Shown piece after piece: positions 47,770 to 64,000 of a stretch of 64,000 nucleotides of DNA (its first letter is position 1; every line of letters starts with the position of its first letter). Location: the NCBI RefSeq assembly GCF_009914755.1, contig NC_060947.1. One strand, given 5' to 3'. The translations under genes were made by a program, and so were the position numbers. The stretch comes from the human T2T-CHM13v2.0 reference genome, Homo sapiens. Under the pieces are notes generated by a model, which saw nothing but the letters and a program-made list of their open reading frames with translations, made no database searches and was not told the origin of the DNA.

Positions 47770-48212
47770 GACAATGGCCAGGACCATCTATGACAGTAAG
47801 ATTCTGACCCACAACCTCTACATCCACCAGCCAGGAAACCAAACCACAGTCTCTCAGCAATCACTCCAGAGCAGTCAGGACATGGTCAATCTCACATCCC
47901 AGATTTACTATCTTTGCCACTGTCCCTTCCACTTCCAACTCAGGAATAACCAGAGAAAGTGAAATAGGTCCCGCACACCAATCATGTAGGATGCCTTGTT
48001 TCTAGTTAAACTGGTCCAGTTTTCCCTTGCCAACAGCCTCCAATCAGGGCATATGTTTAGCCTTCCCTTTTTTCACTATAAAGCTTTGCCACCCCCTGCC
48101 TGCCTTTGAGTCTCTGCCAACCCAAATTGTGGTGGCTGACCCCTTTGCTATAGCAAGCTCCGGATAAATACCCTCTTTTGTTCTTGTTTGGGTGATCTTT
48201 GTTTATTCTACA
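47770..48212 (+). mobile_element. ERV1 solo LTR (MER34/MER39-like)
   Basis: ctgacccacaacctct...aacagcctccaatcagggcat...cactataaagctt...gctatagcaagctc...aaata. Confidence 0.6.
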
Positions 48213-49374
48213 ATGTCCTACCACATAGCTGGGTTCTTGCTCCAGCCTGCTACCTGCCACTGGCCAGGGCTGCCCACAATGTCCACACTGGCACACTTGA
48301 ACTGTTCCAACCACATTGAAATCGAGCACTTTCATGATTAAGTACTGTCCCCACAGTTGCTACCGCCTTTTGGCAACTTGGTAGCTTGGTGTAGTGATAA
48401 AAAATATTAATATTGAAGCCAGAAACTCCAGCATTTATTAGCTGCATGACTTCAGGCATGTTACTTACCCTCATTACCACATCTGTCAGGTGGAGGGAAT
48501 AATGTCCTCTGGATCTCTTTTGTAGAACTGTTGCTGCATCTTGGAGGGAGGCAGCCTTGACCTAGAGAGGTATCTAAATGTTTGGGTCCCGGTCCCTCAA
48601 AGCAGTGGTTTTAGCCAAGCGCTCACTGCTAAGCAGTGGGATAAGAAGGGAAAACTTAACAATCCTCAAAGCCTTCATGTGGGAAGTATGGATCAGGCTT
48701 TGGCCCAAGTCACTGAGAGGTTATCATACCTGGCTTTTCCTGCTCTTCTGGCCCACGGCCAGGGAAAAGAATGCCTGTCCTTCTGATGGGCTTGCAAAAA
48801 GATTTATTGAGGAATGAATGAAAAGGTCCAAGAGTCTTTGTTTTCTTCTTATTTAGCCACACATCGGGGCTTTTGGAAAGCCACTTAATCTTCCTGAGTC
48901 TCAGTTTCCCCATCTGTAAAATAGTAAAATAACCTCCACCCTTCCTGAATGACTAGATCATTATGAAGATGTGATGGAATAATGTATGTGAAGGTATGTT
49001 TAATTTTTTTAAGTGTTATACAGTTGCAAGTAACGATTCTTAGGGGACATATATTTACAATGGAAGTCTTGGCAAAGAGAGGCCAAATGAGGAAGGCGAA
49101 GGTTCTTCACGTTTTGGAGCTGGGCTCCAAGTTCAACCCCAAGGGCCCTGCCCCTTGCAAAGGACTCTCCCTGACTCCTCGTGATCCTAGAGTGCCCCAG
49201 AAGTGGCTTTTCCATGTCAATGAGCCCTCATTCTTTTCAGAGAATGCTCAGAAATGAAAACCCTCTCTTGCGTCTCTCATACACAGCACTTAACAGTCTA
49301 CAGGCCTTCCTCCTATCCTGGCTCCTCACAGAAGCCAGGTTTTAAAGCTGGGTTGTTTGGTGACATCTCTGTTC

Positions 49375-49572
49375 TAGAACATGCTGCCTGTATGGCCTTA
49401 GGCAAATTACGTACTCTCTGTAACCCAGTTTCCCCATTTGTAAAATAAACATGAAAATGAAGTAGTACCTACTTCACGGTATTGTTGGGAAGATTAAGTG
49501 AGCTGATATGTGTAAACACTTAACAGTGCCTGGCACTTAGTAGGTGCTTGATAAAGGTTAGTTACTGTTATT
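49375..49572 (+). mobile_element. MIR
   Basis: cagtttccccatttgtaaaat...acttaacagtgcctggcacttagtaggtgct. Confidence 0.8.
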
Positions 49573-49623
49573 TTCGGGCAGGGCAGGGTATGCTATCCCC
49601 ATTTTAGTCAACTGTAGAACTAG

Positions 49624-49933
<310 letters not shown>

Positions 49934-49974
49934 TAAGAAAAGTCATTCTATAAAACTGAGAGCACTCAAGGAAT

Positions 49975-51525
<1,551 letters not shown>

Positions 51526-51861
51526 TAAATTTGTTTAAATTTTAAAATTAGTACAGTGGCTGGAGAGGATATAGAGACATGGTATAAAAGAAAGATCAGA
51601 ATTGGGAAAATGCTACTAGAGGAATAGTGCCAGACCTTTTCCCAGCATGCCACAGTTCCCATTATCTAGTTAGGCTCTTTCCAGCCTAATGATTTCTGCT
51701 CAATTTCAGAAGGACTTTTCCCTTTGGAATCCAAGAAAGTAGGAAATGAGGTTTACTTATATGTTAATACACTACATATGTTCAAAGAAGGAAAACAACT
51801 CTTTTCTTTCCTAAGTAGCAATTGCTCCTCAAACAGTATGACATTTTCAAAAGGAACTTGA

Positions 51862-53945
<2,084 letters not shown>

Positions 53946-54304
53946 ATACATATAGGATAATTACAATTTTCTAAAACATCCTCTCTGTGGAAAAAAGATT
54001 GGAAGAAAAAATGTCAAAAATGTTATGTGATTGTCCTTAGGCTGCTGAAAGATGGGTTTCAAATATTTTAATTTTTCATTCTATTTTAAAATTTTCCTAT
54101 AATGAAATGTATTACTTTTGGAATGGAAAAAATGCTTTAAAACCGCCCCCCCCCAAAAAAAAGACAAAAAACAGATTTCTCCATGTACCTGATACAAAAT
54201 GATCAGTAGTCATTTGAAAAACATGACTGAACACTTACTCCGTTACAATGTTCTGGCGCATTTTACATGGGAAATAAAGTATTGTGTTTTGATTAAAAAA
54301 AAAA

Positions 54305-54845
54305 AAAAAGCTTCCCATAGCTTTTAAGGTTAAGACCAAACTTCTCAGCGGACTCCTTAAAGGTCTGTCATGATCTGGCCTTGGAAGCCTGCTGACTTTG
54401 CCAGCCTCAGCTATCACCCTGCTTTTCCTTGATCCTCTGTTCTACCACATTGGTCTTCTTGCAGGCCCTCCATGGAGCCTTTGCACATACAGTTCCCTCT
54501 GCCAGAAATACCCTTCCTTCCACTCTTTGCCTAGTTAAAGTCTACTCATCCCTCAGGTCTCAGCAAAATCTTCACTGCCTCGAGGAAACCCTCCCTGATC
54601 TCCTGAAAAGTCAGAACATCCCTATTATGTGTTCTCATAGCATTTACCTCTCCTTTCTAGAATTTTTCACAATTGTATTTTAACATTCATTTCTTGATAA
54701 TGTACTTAATGTCTTACTCGCCAACTAGTCTATACGTTCCATGGGGGCCAGGACCATGTGTGGTTTCGTTCATCAGTAGGGCCAGCACAGTGCCTGGCCA
54801 TAGTAGAGTGCTTAATAAATATTTGTTGAATGAATTAAAGAATTA
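54305..54845 (+). mobile_element. L2 3' fragment
   Basis: gcctttgcacatacagttccctctgccagaaatacccttc...cagcacagtgcctggc...aataaatatttgttgaatgaat. Confidence 0.85.
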
Positions 54846-56604
54846 ATGGCAAACAAAAGGAAATAATTTTTAAGATGAAACTGATAGACAGTCAAGTTTC
54901 CAAAGTACAGAGATATCTGATCTTAAAAATCCCTAATAAAAGTATTGGGGTGTTTCTCTGTGTCTTGAAGCTCCTCAAAGCCCCTTCTCTTGAAATGATT
55001 ATATTCTGATTAAATGGGACAGGTTCATAGGAACTGTATCTATTTCCCTCCCTCCATATCCCAACTTACCTGCCAGTTTTATAGCTCTTGAGTGCACCAG
55101 CTCCATGCATCAGAGGCACATTCTGCTGATGCCCATCCAGCCCTGTTCGCCACTCCCTTAACCCAGTAGGCATAATGCATGATCCAGAATCAGTGTAGCT
55201 ACAGCAAGAGGATGGCAGTTCCTCTGAGCTCCCCACTAAGGGCTAACAAGGCTAGAGGCCAGGGATGGATGGCGAAGTCCTGGGTACCTGGAATGCAAAA
55301 AGCTCAGGGTGACGGGCAAAGCCTCAGGGCTGGGGAGGAGGGAAAGAAGCACCCAGTTACCCACTCTGGAGTCGAGTCAAAGAATACATACCTGCTGCTA
55401 TCCACCTATCCCCTAAGCCCTGTCTAACTGGAGTCAGGAAGGAACTGTCAACAGATTCCAGATGGGAGTCAGGAAGATATTTTTCCTCCAGAACTTGGCA
55501 CTTCTGTTCATCTGCAGAGATTAATACAGACTAGCAGAAAGGATTGCCTCCTGATTTATGAGGACTCTATGACAAGGTAGTCTGGGAGCCAGGAGAGGTG
55601 GAATTCCAACCCCCACGTCCTTATGTCTGGAGAGCCACATTTTTGTGGGAGGAAATGCAAAGTCAATTAATTTTTGACACCATGTAAAAAACTGGTATTT
55701 CCTGACCCAACACCAGGGCAGCTAGAAGTTTATAAATGAAGACTCTATGGTTCCTTTGTTTGAAAATATGTAAGTTGTTGTTGGAATAAAGCAGCTTTAG
55801 TTCTTTATTGGAAATATTCTGTGTTGGGTAAATAGAAGCCAGAAGCATGTTCCACTGACGGTATGACTTCAGCATGGGCAGGCTAATGAAATGTACACTG
55901 TCAGCCTGGGCTGCAGAGGCACATGGCAAGAGCAAGCTGCACATTGTTGCCAGAGTCAAAGGAAGCCCACAGAGTAGGTGGAATCAAAACAAAACTTCCC
56001 AAACTTTGCTGAAGTGTGCCTTGGACAAGGTGGCTTTGTGACTGTGCCTGGCCTGATTCTTCTCTGTGCTTGACCTCTCAGTCAGCACCTCTAGGACTTT
56101 GCTCATGCTGGTCTTCAGCCTCTCCTGCCCCACTAACTGGGATGTCAGGGACCCTAACCTGGGCAGGTCCCCACTTTTCTTTTGCTATGTTTCTTCATCT
56201 AGGAAATGAGAAGTTTGGACCAGAATCTAGTAACCAGATGTTCTCTCTGGTGCCTCCAATTCCTCACCCCATCTGTCTCTCTTCCTTCTAGGTGGGTAAA
56301 CAGCTAACATCTCCTCCAGGAAGCCTTGCCACCTTATAAATTCTATCTGGCCCTACACTGCATAATCACACTCAAGTCATTTCATGGGTGCACAAGCCAG
56401 ATAGGTCTTTGGATACGGGAACCATGCTTTCTAGTTCTTTTGTCTCACACCCCATCTTCAACATGTAGTGGAGTTTTCTTTGTAAAACTAGTATGCAATC
56501 CAGGCTGCTGACTGACTAGCTGAGTAATCAGGTGGTTACTTACCAAAGATAAAAGAAAATTAGAAGAATTTTTGAAAGAAAAGCAATAAAAATGAGAGTT
56601 AAAT

Positions 56605-56860
56605 GGCATCAAGTATGGTTGAGAACAGGGATTCTAGAGTCAGTCAGCTGCAGGCTTAAAACCCAGCTTTACTGAGTACTAACTCTGGGTTCTTGAGCAA
56701 GTCACTCACATTCCACGTGCCTTAGTTTTCTCATCTATAAAAACAGGGATAATAATAGTCCTACCTTAGGGCTGTTACCAAGTTTCAGTGAGATCTTGCA
56801 TGAAAAGTCTGCAGCATAGTGCCTGACATATAAGAAATGCTCCAAGAAATGTTAACTCTT
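56605..56860 (+). mobile_element. MIR
   Basis: ttgagcaagtcactcac...cttagttttctcatctataaaaacagggataata. Confidence 0.8.
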
Positions 56861-57309
56861 TTATGTTCATGATGGTGATGTGAACCCATCCCAGGAGGGC
56901 CGATCTCAAGGCAGAATGTCCACAGGATTGGCCCACTGTTTCTTCCTCCCTACTCCTAAAAAAGTAGATGTGATTTCCAGAATCTTGAATAAATGCTCGG
57001 TTGCCTTTGGAATATCCACACTTGACTTCAAGGAGTCAGGAAGTGGTGATCCGAGGTCCTCTTTTACTTGTCCTCACAATTTAAGGAAATGTCTTTAGGA
57101 AACATGGAAATTCAAGGGTACATATGTGGCCTGTTACAAATGGCGGACATAGGAGAATTAGGGAGGGGAAAATATAGATTTGGGGATATCAGCAAACTCT
57201 ATTCTTAGAAGTGTAATAAAAGCGCAAAAGGACACATAAGGAGGGAATTCACACAGAATCCAGAAATCCCTCCTCAGAAACACCTCAAAGCTGGGCCTCT
57301 CTCTTGTTA

Positions 57310-58220
57310 TCAAGCTGCTATTGGACATCTCCACCTGGATGTCCCATGGGCATTTCAAACTCAACTTGTCCAAAGTTGAGCTCCTTCTCTCCCCTTTATT
57401 CATAATCTCCTAAGCCTCTCTTTACCACCCAATTTGCCAAATTAAGAAATAGAAGGTCATCCTCAGCACTGCCTTCTGTCTCAGCACATGACTGTCAACT
57501 AATCCACAAGCTGTGTGGATCTGAATTCCTAAATAGCTCTCTAATGCACTTATGGCTTGTCTTCCGCCCCAATTTATCAACTCTCCTTGGACTGGAACAA
57601 TATTCTTCTCAATATCTCCTTTGCTATTACTCAGTTAATTTCATCCCCCTGCCATGTACAAAACCACCAGAGGGAACACTGTAAAAGTCAAATCTGCCCA
57701 GGTCAATTTATTGCTTTCAAAACACCTCCCTGTCTTCCCAGAGCCTTTGCAGTGAAGTGAAAATACTTGGAGAGACACAAGCCCTGGCCACAGCTAAATT
57801 GTCTCCAACACTCTTTCTTCTCATGGGGGCCTCAGATAGTTTACATCAACAAGAGGAGGGACAGATTATAGGTCTATGAGCTGCCCTAATTCATTATTGG
57901 CATGCCATGCTATTTTACTCTTGTATGCCACCTCTATCCAAAAAGTGCTCCCCTTCCCCTCCTTTGACCTGGTGAATCTTACTCAGTTTTCAAATTTTAC
58001 TCAAACCTCACCTCCTCTTTGTATGTCCTCCCTTCACTACAGCCTCTCCTTTGCATGCTAATGTTCCATATAAGACCTTGAACACGCTCCTCGTACTGTA
58101 ATTGTCTGCTCAAACTGAGGCCCTTCCTGGGCAGGGACCATATTTTATTGATCTCTATCTTTAGCACTCAACACAAGACTGAGACCAAAGAAGGCATTTG
58201 AAAAGGTTTGTGGAATGAAC
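57310..58220 (+). mobile_element. L2 fragment
   Basis: ttggacatctccacctggatgtcccatgggcatttcaaactcaacttgtccaaa...gggcagggaccatatt...gtggaatgaa. Confidence 0.7.
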
Positions 58221-59257
58221 TCATGGCCTCACTAAGTCCCTATTCCCTATAACAACAGGTCAGTGTCTAATGAGAGCTCCCAGACTTTGGCAGGGATGGA
58301 ATCTGAGAAATTTCAAGGGACTTGAGTTCTGGCCTTGGCTGGTACTCAATGTGAATGACTTTTTGTTCCGGGCCCAACTGTTCCATCTCCACTCCCCTGA
58401 GAAGAAGCACAAAGAGAAACAGGGCAGTGGCACTATCATAGTCTTGATCCTCTAGTCACATAATTCCTCTGCCCTTTTCAAATCCTCCCTCCATCCCTCA
58501 AGGTCTAGTTTGGACCTTTTCCATGAAGAAAAAACATTCTCACCCGAGCCCAGGAAGGGATTCCTTCTCCTCTGAATTCCTGTAAAGTTCATTGCCTGGG
58601 CAAGTCTGAGACATTGAGGCTCAGAAAGAGAAGTGACTTGCCATAGACCCCAAGTCTCCTGGGGAATGTGATCAAAATAGATTCCTGTGCCAGACCCTAG
58701 ACCTATGAAATCAGAATAAGGATCTGGGGGACATCTTTTGAAAAGTACTAAACTATCTCATGCCAGATCTATGTTGTGTCTCCTCAACTGGCTTACCAGG
58801 GGCTGATGGCAGAGGCTCTTTCTTCTTAGTTCTCTGTGTCCTCCATGGCCTCATATTTGTGTCCTCCACAGTTATCTGTGTCCTCCATAGCCCCAAACTA
58901 CAAAGGTTTTTTCATTGACTAACCCCTGGGCTGCTTCCCCATGAGAAAATTAAAATGAATAAAGAAACCCAACTTAAAGTTAGTCTCAGGGCACCAAGGA
59001 AAAGCTGGCCTTGGCAGTGGCAGCCTTCCTCGGATGCTGCTTTCTGTCTGATTTTCTAAGTGCCAAGGTTATCCTTAACCAAAATTATTCCACATTGGAA
59101 GATTATGTTTCTTAGGATGATAAAGGGTCATTTACTTGGACCCCCTCAGACATTTTTCTCAACTCTGTTTTGGGAAGAAAAATGAACATTCCAAAACAAA
59201 ACAAACAAATGAACGCACCAATGCATGAATACCTGGACATACACTGAGATCACAGTC

Positions 59258-59549
59258 ATTTTTTTTTTTTTGAGACAAGGTCTCGCTGTAACCGTAGGGT
59301 GCAGGGGCGCAATCGCGGCTCACTGCAGCCTCAAACTCCCCAGAGCTCAAGCGATTCTCATGCCTCAGCCTCCTGAGTAGCTGGAACTACAGGCATGTGC
59401 CAACATGCCTGGCTAATTTTTGTATTTTTTTGTAGAGACTGGATTTTGCCATGTTTCCCAGTCGTGTCTCTAACTTCTAAGCTCACGTGATCCTCCCACC
59501 TTGGCCTCTCAAAGTGCTGGAATTACAGGCATGAGCCACGGCGCCCGGC
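59258..59549 (-). mobile_element. Alu (AluJ-like)
   Basis: Antisense dimer. Confidence 0.9.
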
Positions 59550-61219
59550 TTGAGGCCACAGTTTTATACTTTGTTGATTTCTATCCCTAGCCTGGGCAAT
59601 GATTCCAGATAATCAAGAAGATGAACCACCTCACGAAGGTTCGTTACAGTCACTAGGCTGAGCTCATTAAGGCAGGAAGGTAGCCTCAGATATTGTGGTA
59701 ACTCTTCTGACAAGGAGGGTGACAAAATAGGCTTTCTGTTTGAGCCTCAGTTTCTCAGAAATTCCTACTAAGCCCCTTCCCCAGGATTCTGATCAGTTAA
59801 GGTTCTACTTGGCTGAGAAGGCCAGAGTTATCTAGACCTCAGGCCTAGGTCCCCACTGACTCCACTGACCCTACCTCTGGGAAGAAAAGTGGCCTACATC
59901 CTTGTCACCCATCAGAAAATAGACACAGGATCAGCCCCAGCCTGACCCCAAAGATTCTTTCTCATACTAAAAAGCCATTGCCCTGTCCCTGGGCCTTTGG
60001 GCACAGTTGGATAGGCAGGAACCCTGGTTAGAAGAAGAAAGGGAGCTCACTCATTCACTTTTGTCACTAGTCATCCCATGCACAGAGACGTGGCCAGCAA
60101 GTCCTCTCTAGAGTCCATTAACACTCGTGTGCATCCAGAGCTTCTCTGGTCACCCCTCTGGGAGTAGAGGGGTGACCAGGCAAGCTCCCCTGAGAAGGAT
60201 GCCTAGGAGTTGAATATACTCAGGCAAGACAATTACCTCAAGTCTCCAAAAACATACAAGATGTTTCCTGGGACGCCAGAGGGTTAGTGTGGGGAAGGTT
60301 ATGTTCGGTTGTTAATTTCCAAGGGCAAGTGCAGAGTGAGAAACAAGAGATAAGACCTGAAATGTCAGGCACCAGGTAGACACTACAGTGGAGGCAGGAT
60401 TGAAAAACAAGGGTGTGGGCAAAGTGAGAAAGCCCAATTACATTAGGGATGGCAGAAGTGGGAGTAGGGGTAGGAAATTGAGGCATAACTATAGGTCTCA
60501 AGGACATGAACAGATTATTCTGAGTTAAAGCTCCAGGTCCTGGATGGATACTAAGGTTTTCTAGTGGGGCCTCAACAAGACCTTGCCCTCAGGGAGTCTG
60601 AAGTGTAGCAGGGCCTTTCTGTACTTAAAGAAGAAACTGCAGTACCTCCCAGCCTTGGGTCGCCAAAGGCCACCAAATTGTTGAAGCTAGAAAAAGTCAT
60701 TGGCATGATAGTAGGCCCTCCTCTGTGTAGGAAGGTGTCACTAGTCAAAACTTCTGCATTGGTTTTGAGTTGTTTTTGCTACATGTGAGATGGACTGGCC
60801 CTGACTTGCCACATTCTCTCATGGAGTTTGCAGTGTAGCTAAAGAAATATATTTGCCAAATCAGGCTCACTTCATTATCAAGGGTTTCCTGACTGATGCA
60901 CTATGTTCCTAAAAACTGATATAACTTGACCGCCAATCCCTGAAGGCACCTAAGGAAAGAAACATTCCAGTTTCACCCTGGCCTATGTAGCTTGATAAGC
61001 ACTAAGCTCTACAGTTTTCTGGGCTTTATTCTTGTTAGCTGAAATCAGTGGAGGCCCAAGGGCCCATGAATCATATGAACTTTCTGACTTTCTGATACCT
61101 TTTGAATCTCTACAATTCCATGAAAAGGACAATAAACCCTTATAATCCTGGGGGAAGGAAGGGGAGCCATTCCATCGTCTTTCACTCTGGGATATTTTTA
61201 ACAAGAATAAGAACTACTG

Positions 61220-61390
61220 AGCTAGGCTTGGTGGCTCACACCTGTAATCCAAGCTACTCAGGAAGCTGAGGGAGGAGGATTGCTTGAGCCAAGGAGTTAA
61301 AGGCTGCAGTGAGCTATGATTGCATCACTGTACTCCAGCTCTGGACAGCAGAGCAAGACCCCATCTCTAGAAATAAATACATAAATAAAG
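61220..61390 (+). mobile_element. Alu monomer (FAM/FRAM-like)
   Basis: Single arm with an (AAAT)n tail. Confidence 0.75.
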
Positions 61391-61429
61391 AATTTCCATC
61401 CAATGGAGCGTTATTCTTCATGCAAGGCA

Positions 61430-61780
61430 GTATGTAGAAGTGCTTTACCTACATTACCTGAACTAATTCTTACAACAGCCCTAGGGCAGAGGTGCTAGAA
61501 GTAGGTCCACTTCACAGAAAGGTTTAATGACTTGCCTAAGGTCACACAGCTAATCTGAGGCAGAACCCAGATTTAAACTCAGGTCTATTGAATCTTAAAG
61601 CCCATGCTCTTAATCACTGCACCTGTGTTTCTCAAAGCAGGATTTCGGTAAACATGAGCAGATTCCCAGGCCCCACCCCAGATCTGTTGACTCAGAATCC
61701 TGAAAGGTGGGGCCTGGGAATCCACATGTTTAACACCGCACCAGGGGCTCTTCTACATTCAGAAGTTTTAGGGCCCTGGT
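61430..61780. mobile_element. MIR followed by a MER5-like fragment
   Basis: gacttgcctaaggtcacacagct; gcagattcccaggccccacccca...tggggcctgggaatc. Confidence 0.65.
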
Positions 61781-62530
61781 GACACTATATGGCCTCCTGC
61801 GTTTGCCATACAGTACAGGCAAGAATGGGTAAAGCTTCCATGCCAGGCCTGACATTTCTCAGCACTTTTCCCAGCAAATCTGCCACCTGGGAATGGTCAC
61901 TGAAAATCTTTTAGCAGGACCAGGACATCCGAGCCCCTTCATCTAGAACAGGGACTCTTAGCCCTTATGGGATCATATACTTCTTTGGGAATTTGTTGAA
62001 AGCTCTGGGTCTCTCCTCTTTCCCACACAGGCACATACACACAGAGGCCCACACTACTTTGGTGGCCTCCACTGAAAATATACACACATAACCCTTTGCA
62101 TATATTTTCAGGGAGTATATATATCTTCTGAGGCCCCTTCATGAGCCACTCTGCAGCTCAAGGACCCCACATCACAGAGGCCTCTGACCTAGAAATGTGA
62201 ACACAGACTAGGTCCAGTGGGCATGTTGTTTTTAAATCCTTTCTATGTTAGAGATGCATACTGGAGTATTACAGATGATGTGATCTGTTGTCTGAGATTT
62301 GTTTGCAAATACACCCAGCTATGAGGGGATGACAGGCATGGGGAGCAGCAAGATAGCTCCAGCAAGAATGCCCATAAGTTGCTCATTGTTGAAGCTGGGA
62401 GATGGGTACATGGGAATTCATTCCACTGGTCTCTCTACTGTTTGTGTGTGCTTAGCAATGTCCATAATCAAAAGTTATATAAAAAAATTAGGGTGAGTGA
62501 CTTGGTATGTGAAATGTGAATTATATCTCT

Positions 62531-62957
62531 GTCAAAAGACAAAATTGCAACAAATACAGTTTAAAGATATGAATTGGCTTTAATTGTGATTCTAGAATCT
62601 AGCAGCACCTCATTCTATAAAATAGAATAAGTGTTCACATGAACTGAGCAGGGGAGTTTGGTTTTATAGACAGAAAAGGGCCGAGGAGAGCAGAAACAGA
62701 GAACAAAAAGCAAATTCCAAAGTTACTTTCCTTGTAAAGGTTAAAGCAGAGGGGACTTATCATGCTGGCTAAAACTGGCTTGTGGTATTTGGCTATTCTC
62801 TCTCACTCTTTTGATTTCTCAGAAGATCAGATAAACAACTTAGTTTCAGCTTGGTGAAATGCAACCTTGGCATGAGTGACTGTTTTGGTTTGGTCTGTTG
62901 GGTCTAGCGCAGGAGCTCAGTCCAAATCAATGGGCTCCTATAAATTTTATTTAATAT
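62531..62957 (-). mobile_element. ERV1 solo LTR (MER31-like)
   Basis: Minus strand begins taaataaaatttataggagcccattgatttggactgagctcctg; other end tgtcaaaagacaaaatt. Confidence 0.65.
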
Positions 62958-63724
62958 CTTCATAAGACTGCTTTTAAAAACAATTAACCTCCTTATCTGA
63001 TCCACCTAAATCTGCCAGTGGACACATGTACTAAAGGCCAAGAGAGAACTATTTAATTTCCTGCTTGCTGTTCTTTAAAGTCATAACAGTTAATCAAAAC
63101 CTCTTGATCTTGCTAAGATGGCAGAACCACACCAAGCAGGCCTCATTAGGGAATTGAGAAGACCAGTTGCTGTATATGAAGGACTACATGTACAAGGACT
63201 ACTCTGCTAATAGCACAATAATGATAATCATCATTTACATTCCAAGGTCAGAGCACTTTATGAAGAGACATGAAACTGAGAGTTACCAATACCCTCTCCA
63301 GAAGCAAAAAAAAAAAAAAAAAAAAATAGCAGAGATCCCATTAACAGGCCTAATTCCCTGCTGTTTAAAGCTTGGAATAAAAAAGATGTTTCCTGAGTGG
63401 ATTTCAAAGTTCTTAAAGCTAGCAATTTGTGAGGTTTCTTAGCAAGGTCCCATAATAATCAAACAGGTTTTCTATGCAGGAGGATATGGGGGTGGAGGGT
63501 GAAGAGTGACATCCCTACCTGTGTGCAAACATTTGCAAAGAGGCTCCCTCCTCTCCCTTCTTGTCCTGAAATGCTGAAGGGACCTTCCCCCCATAAGCTC
63601 CCCATACAAAAAAAAAAAAAAACTGTGGTTCTTGCTTGGGAGGTAAATAAACCTATAGCCATCTGCAGAGTTGACTTAACCACATCTCCATTTTTTTATA
63701 GCATATGTTCCTCTACCACTGCAA

Positions 63725-63860
63725 CTTCTTTATAAAATGGGGATGACAATGGTCCCTGCCTCAGAGGGTTGATGTGAGGTTTAAATGAGATTTTCCGGGT
63801 GAATACCTCAGAATGAGGCCTGGGCACACCACAAACTCTCAATAAATGTTAGTTATTCTT
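63725..63860 (+). mobile_element. MIR
   Basis: tataaaatggggatgacaat...cctcagagggttgatgtgaggtttaaatgaga. Confidence 0.75.
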
Positions 63861-64000
63861 ATTCATGTTGTTTTCTTTGGCTCACTGCAGTACAAGCCAA
63901 GCCATTCCTTAGATATAGCAGAGTGATAGCCAATAGCATCCATCTGGCCCCTTCCTCTCTAGTGGACTTACATAGGACCAGGCTGCTAAAACTATCCAGG

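Overview
This is human (or great-ape) genomic DNA, dense in Alu, L1, L2, MIR and LTR repeats. It contains the 5' part of the X-linked, testis/acrosome-associated gene KIAA1210 on the minus strand. Four phase-compatible GT-AG coding exons (38350-38062, 35363-35243, 11392-11322, 4401-4233) splice to give [10 protein letters not shown]...[15 protein letters not shown]...[17 protein letters not shown]...[17 protein letters not shown]...PTKAR, and the gene continues past position 1. Everything from about 39 kb to 64 kb is upstream intergenic DNA, including a 2.07-kb 5'-truncated young L1PA whose ORF2 C-terminus is still open. Main hunt results: (1) a near full-length, heavily decayed, apparently intronless FBXW2-like F-box/WD40 gene relic in intron 2 (about 23420-20830, minus), split by MIR, L1 and Alu insertions; (2) a candidate internal promoter and ATG-free first exon built on the antisense strand of an L2 reverse-transcriptase remnant, with a GC-box/CCAAT/CRE cluster and a GTAAGT donor; (3) a strong-Kozak alternative first exon (MASFHACLKIS) that joins exon 3 in frame; (4) a possible ARMC10/ARMCX relic underlying exon 2; (5) two ~200-bp locally templated insertions (one inverted, one direct) and other fold-back junctions; (6) a perfect 22-bp-arm hairpin. 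Homology calls come from by-eye comparison with sequences recalled from memory, not from searches. Repeat boundaries and subfamily names are approximate.
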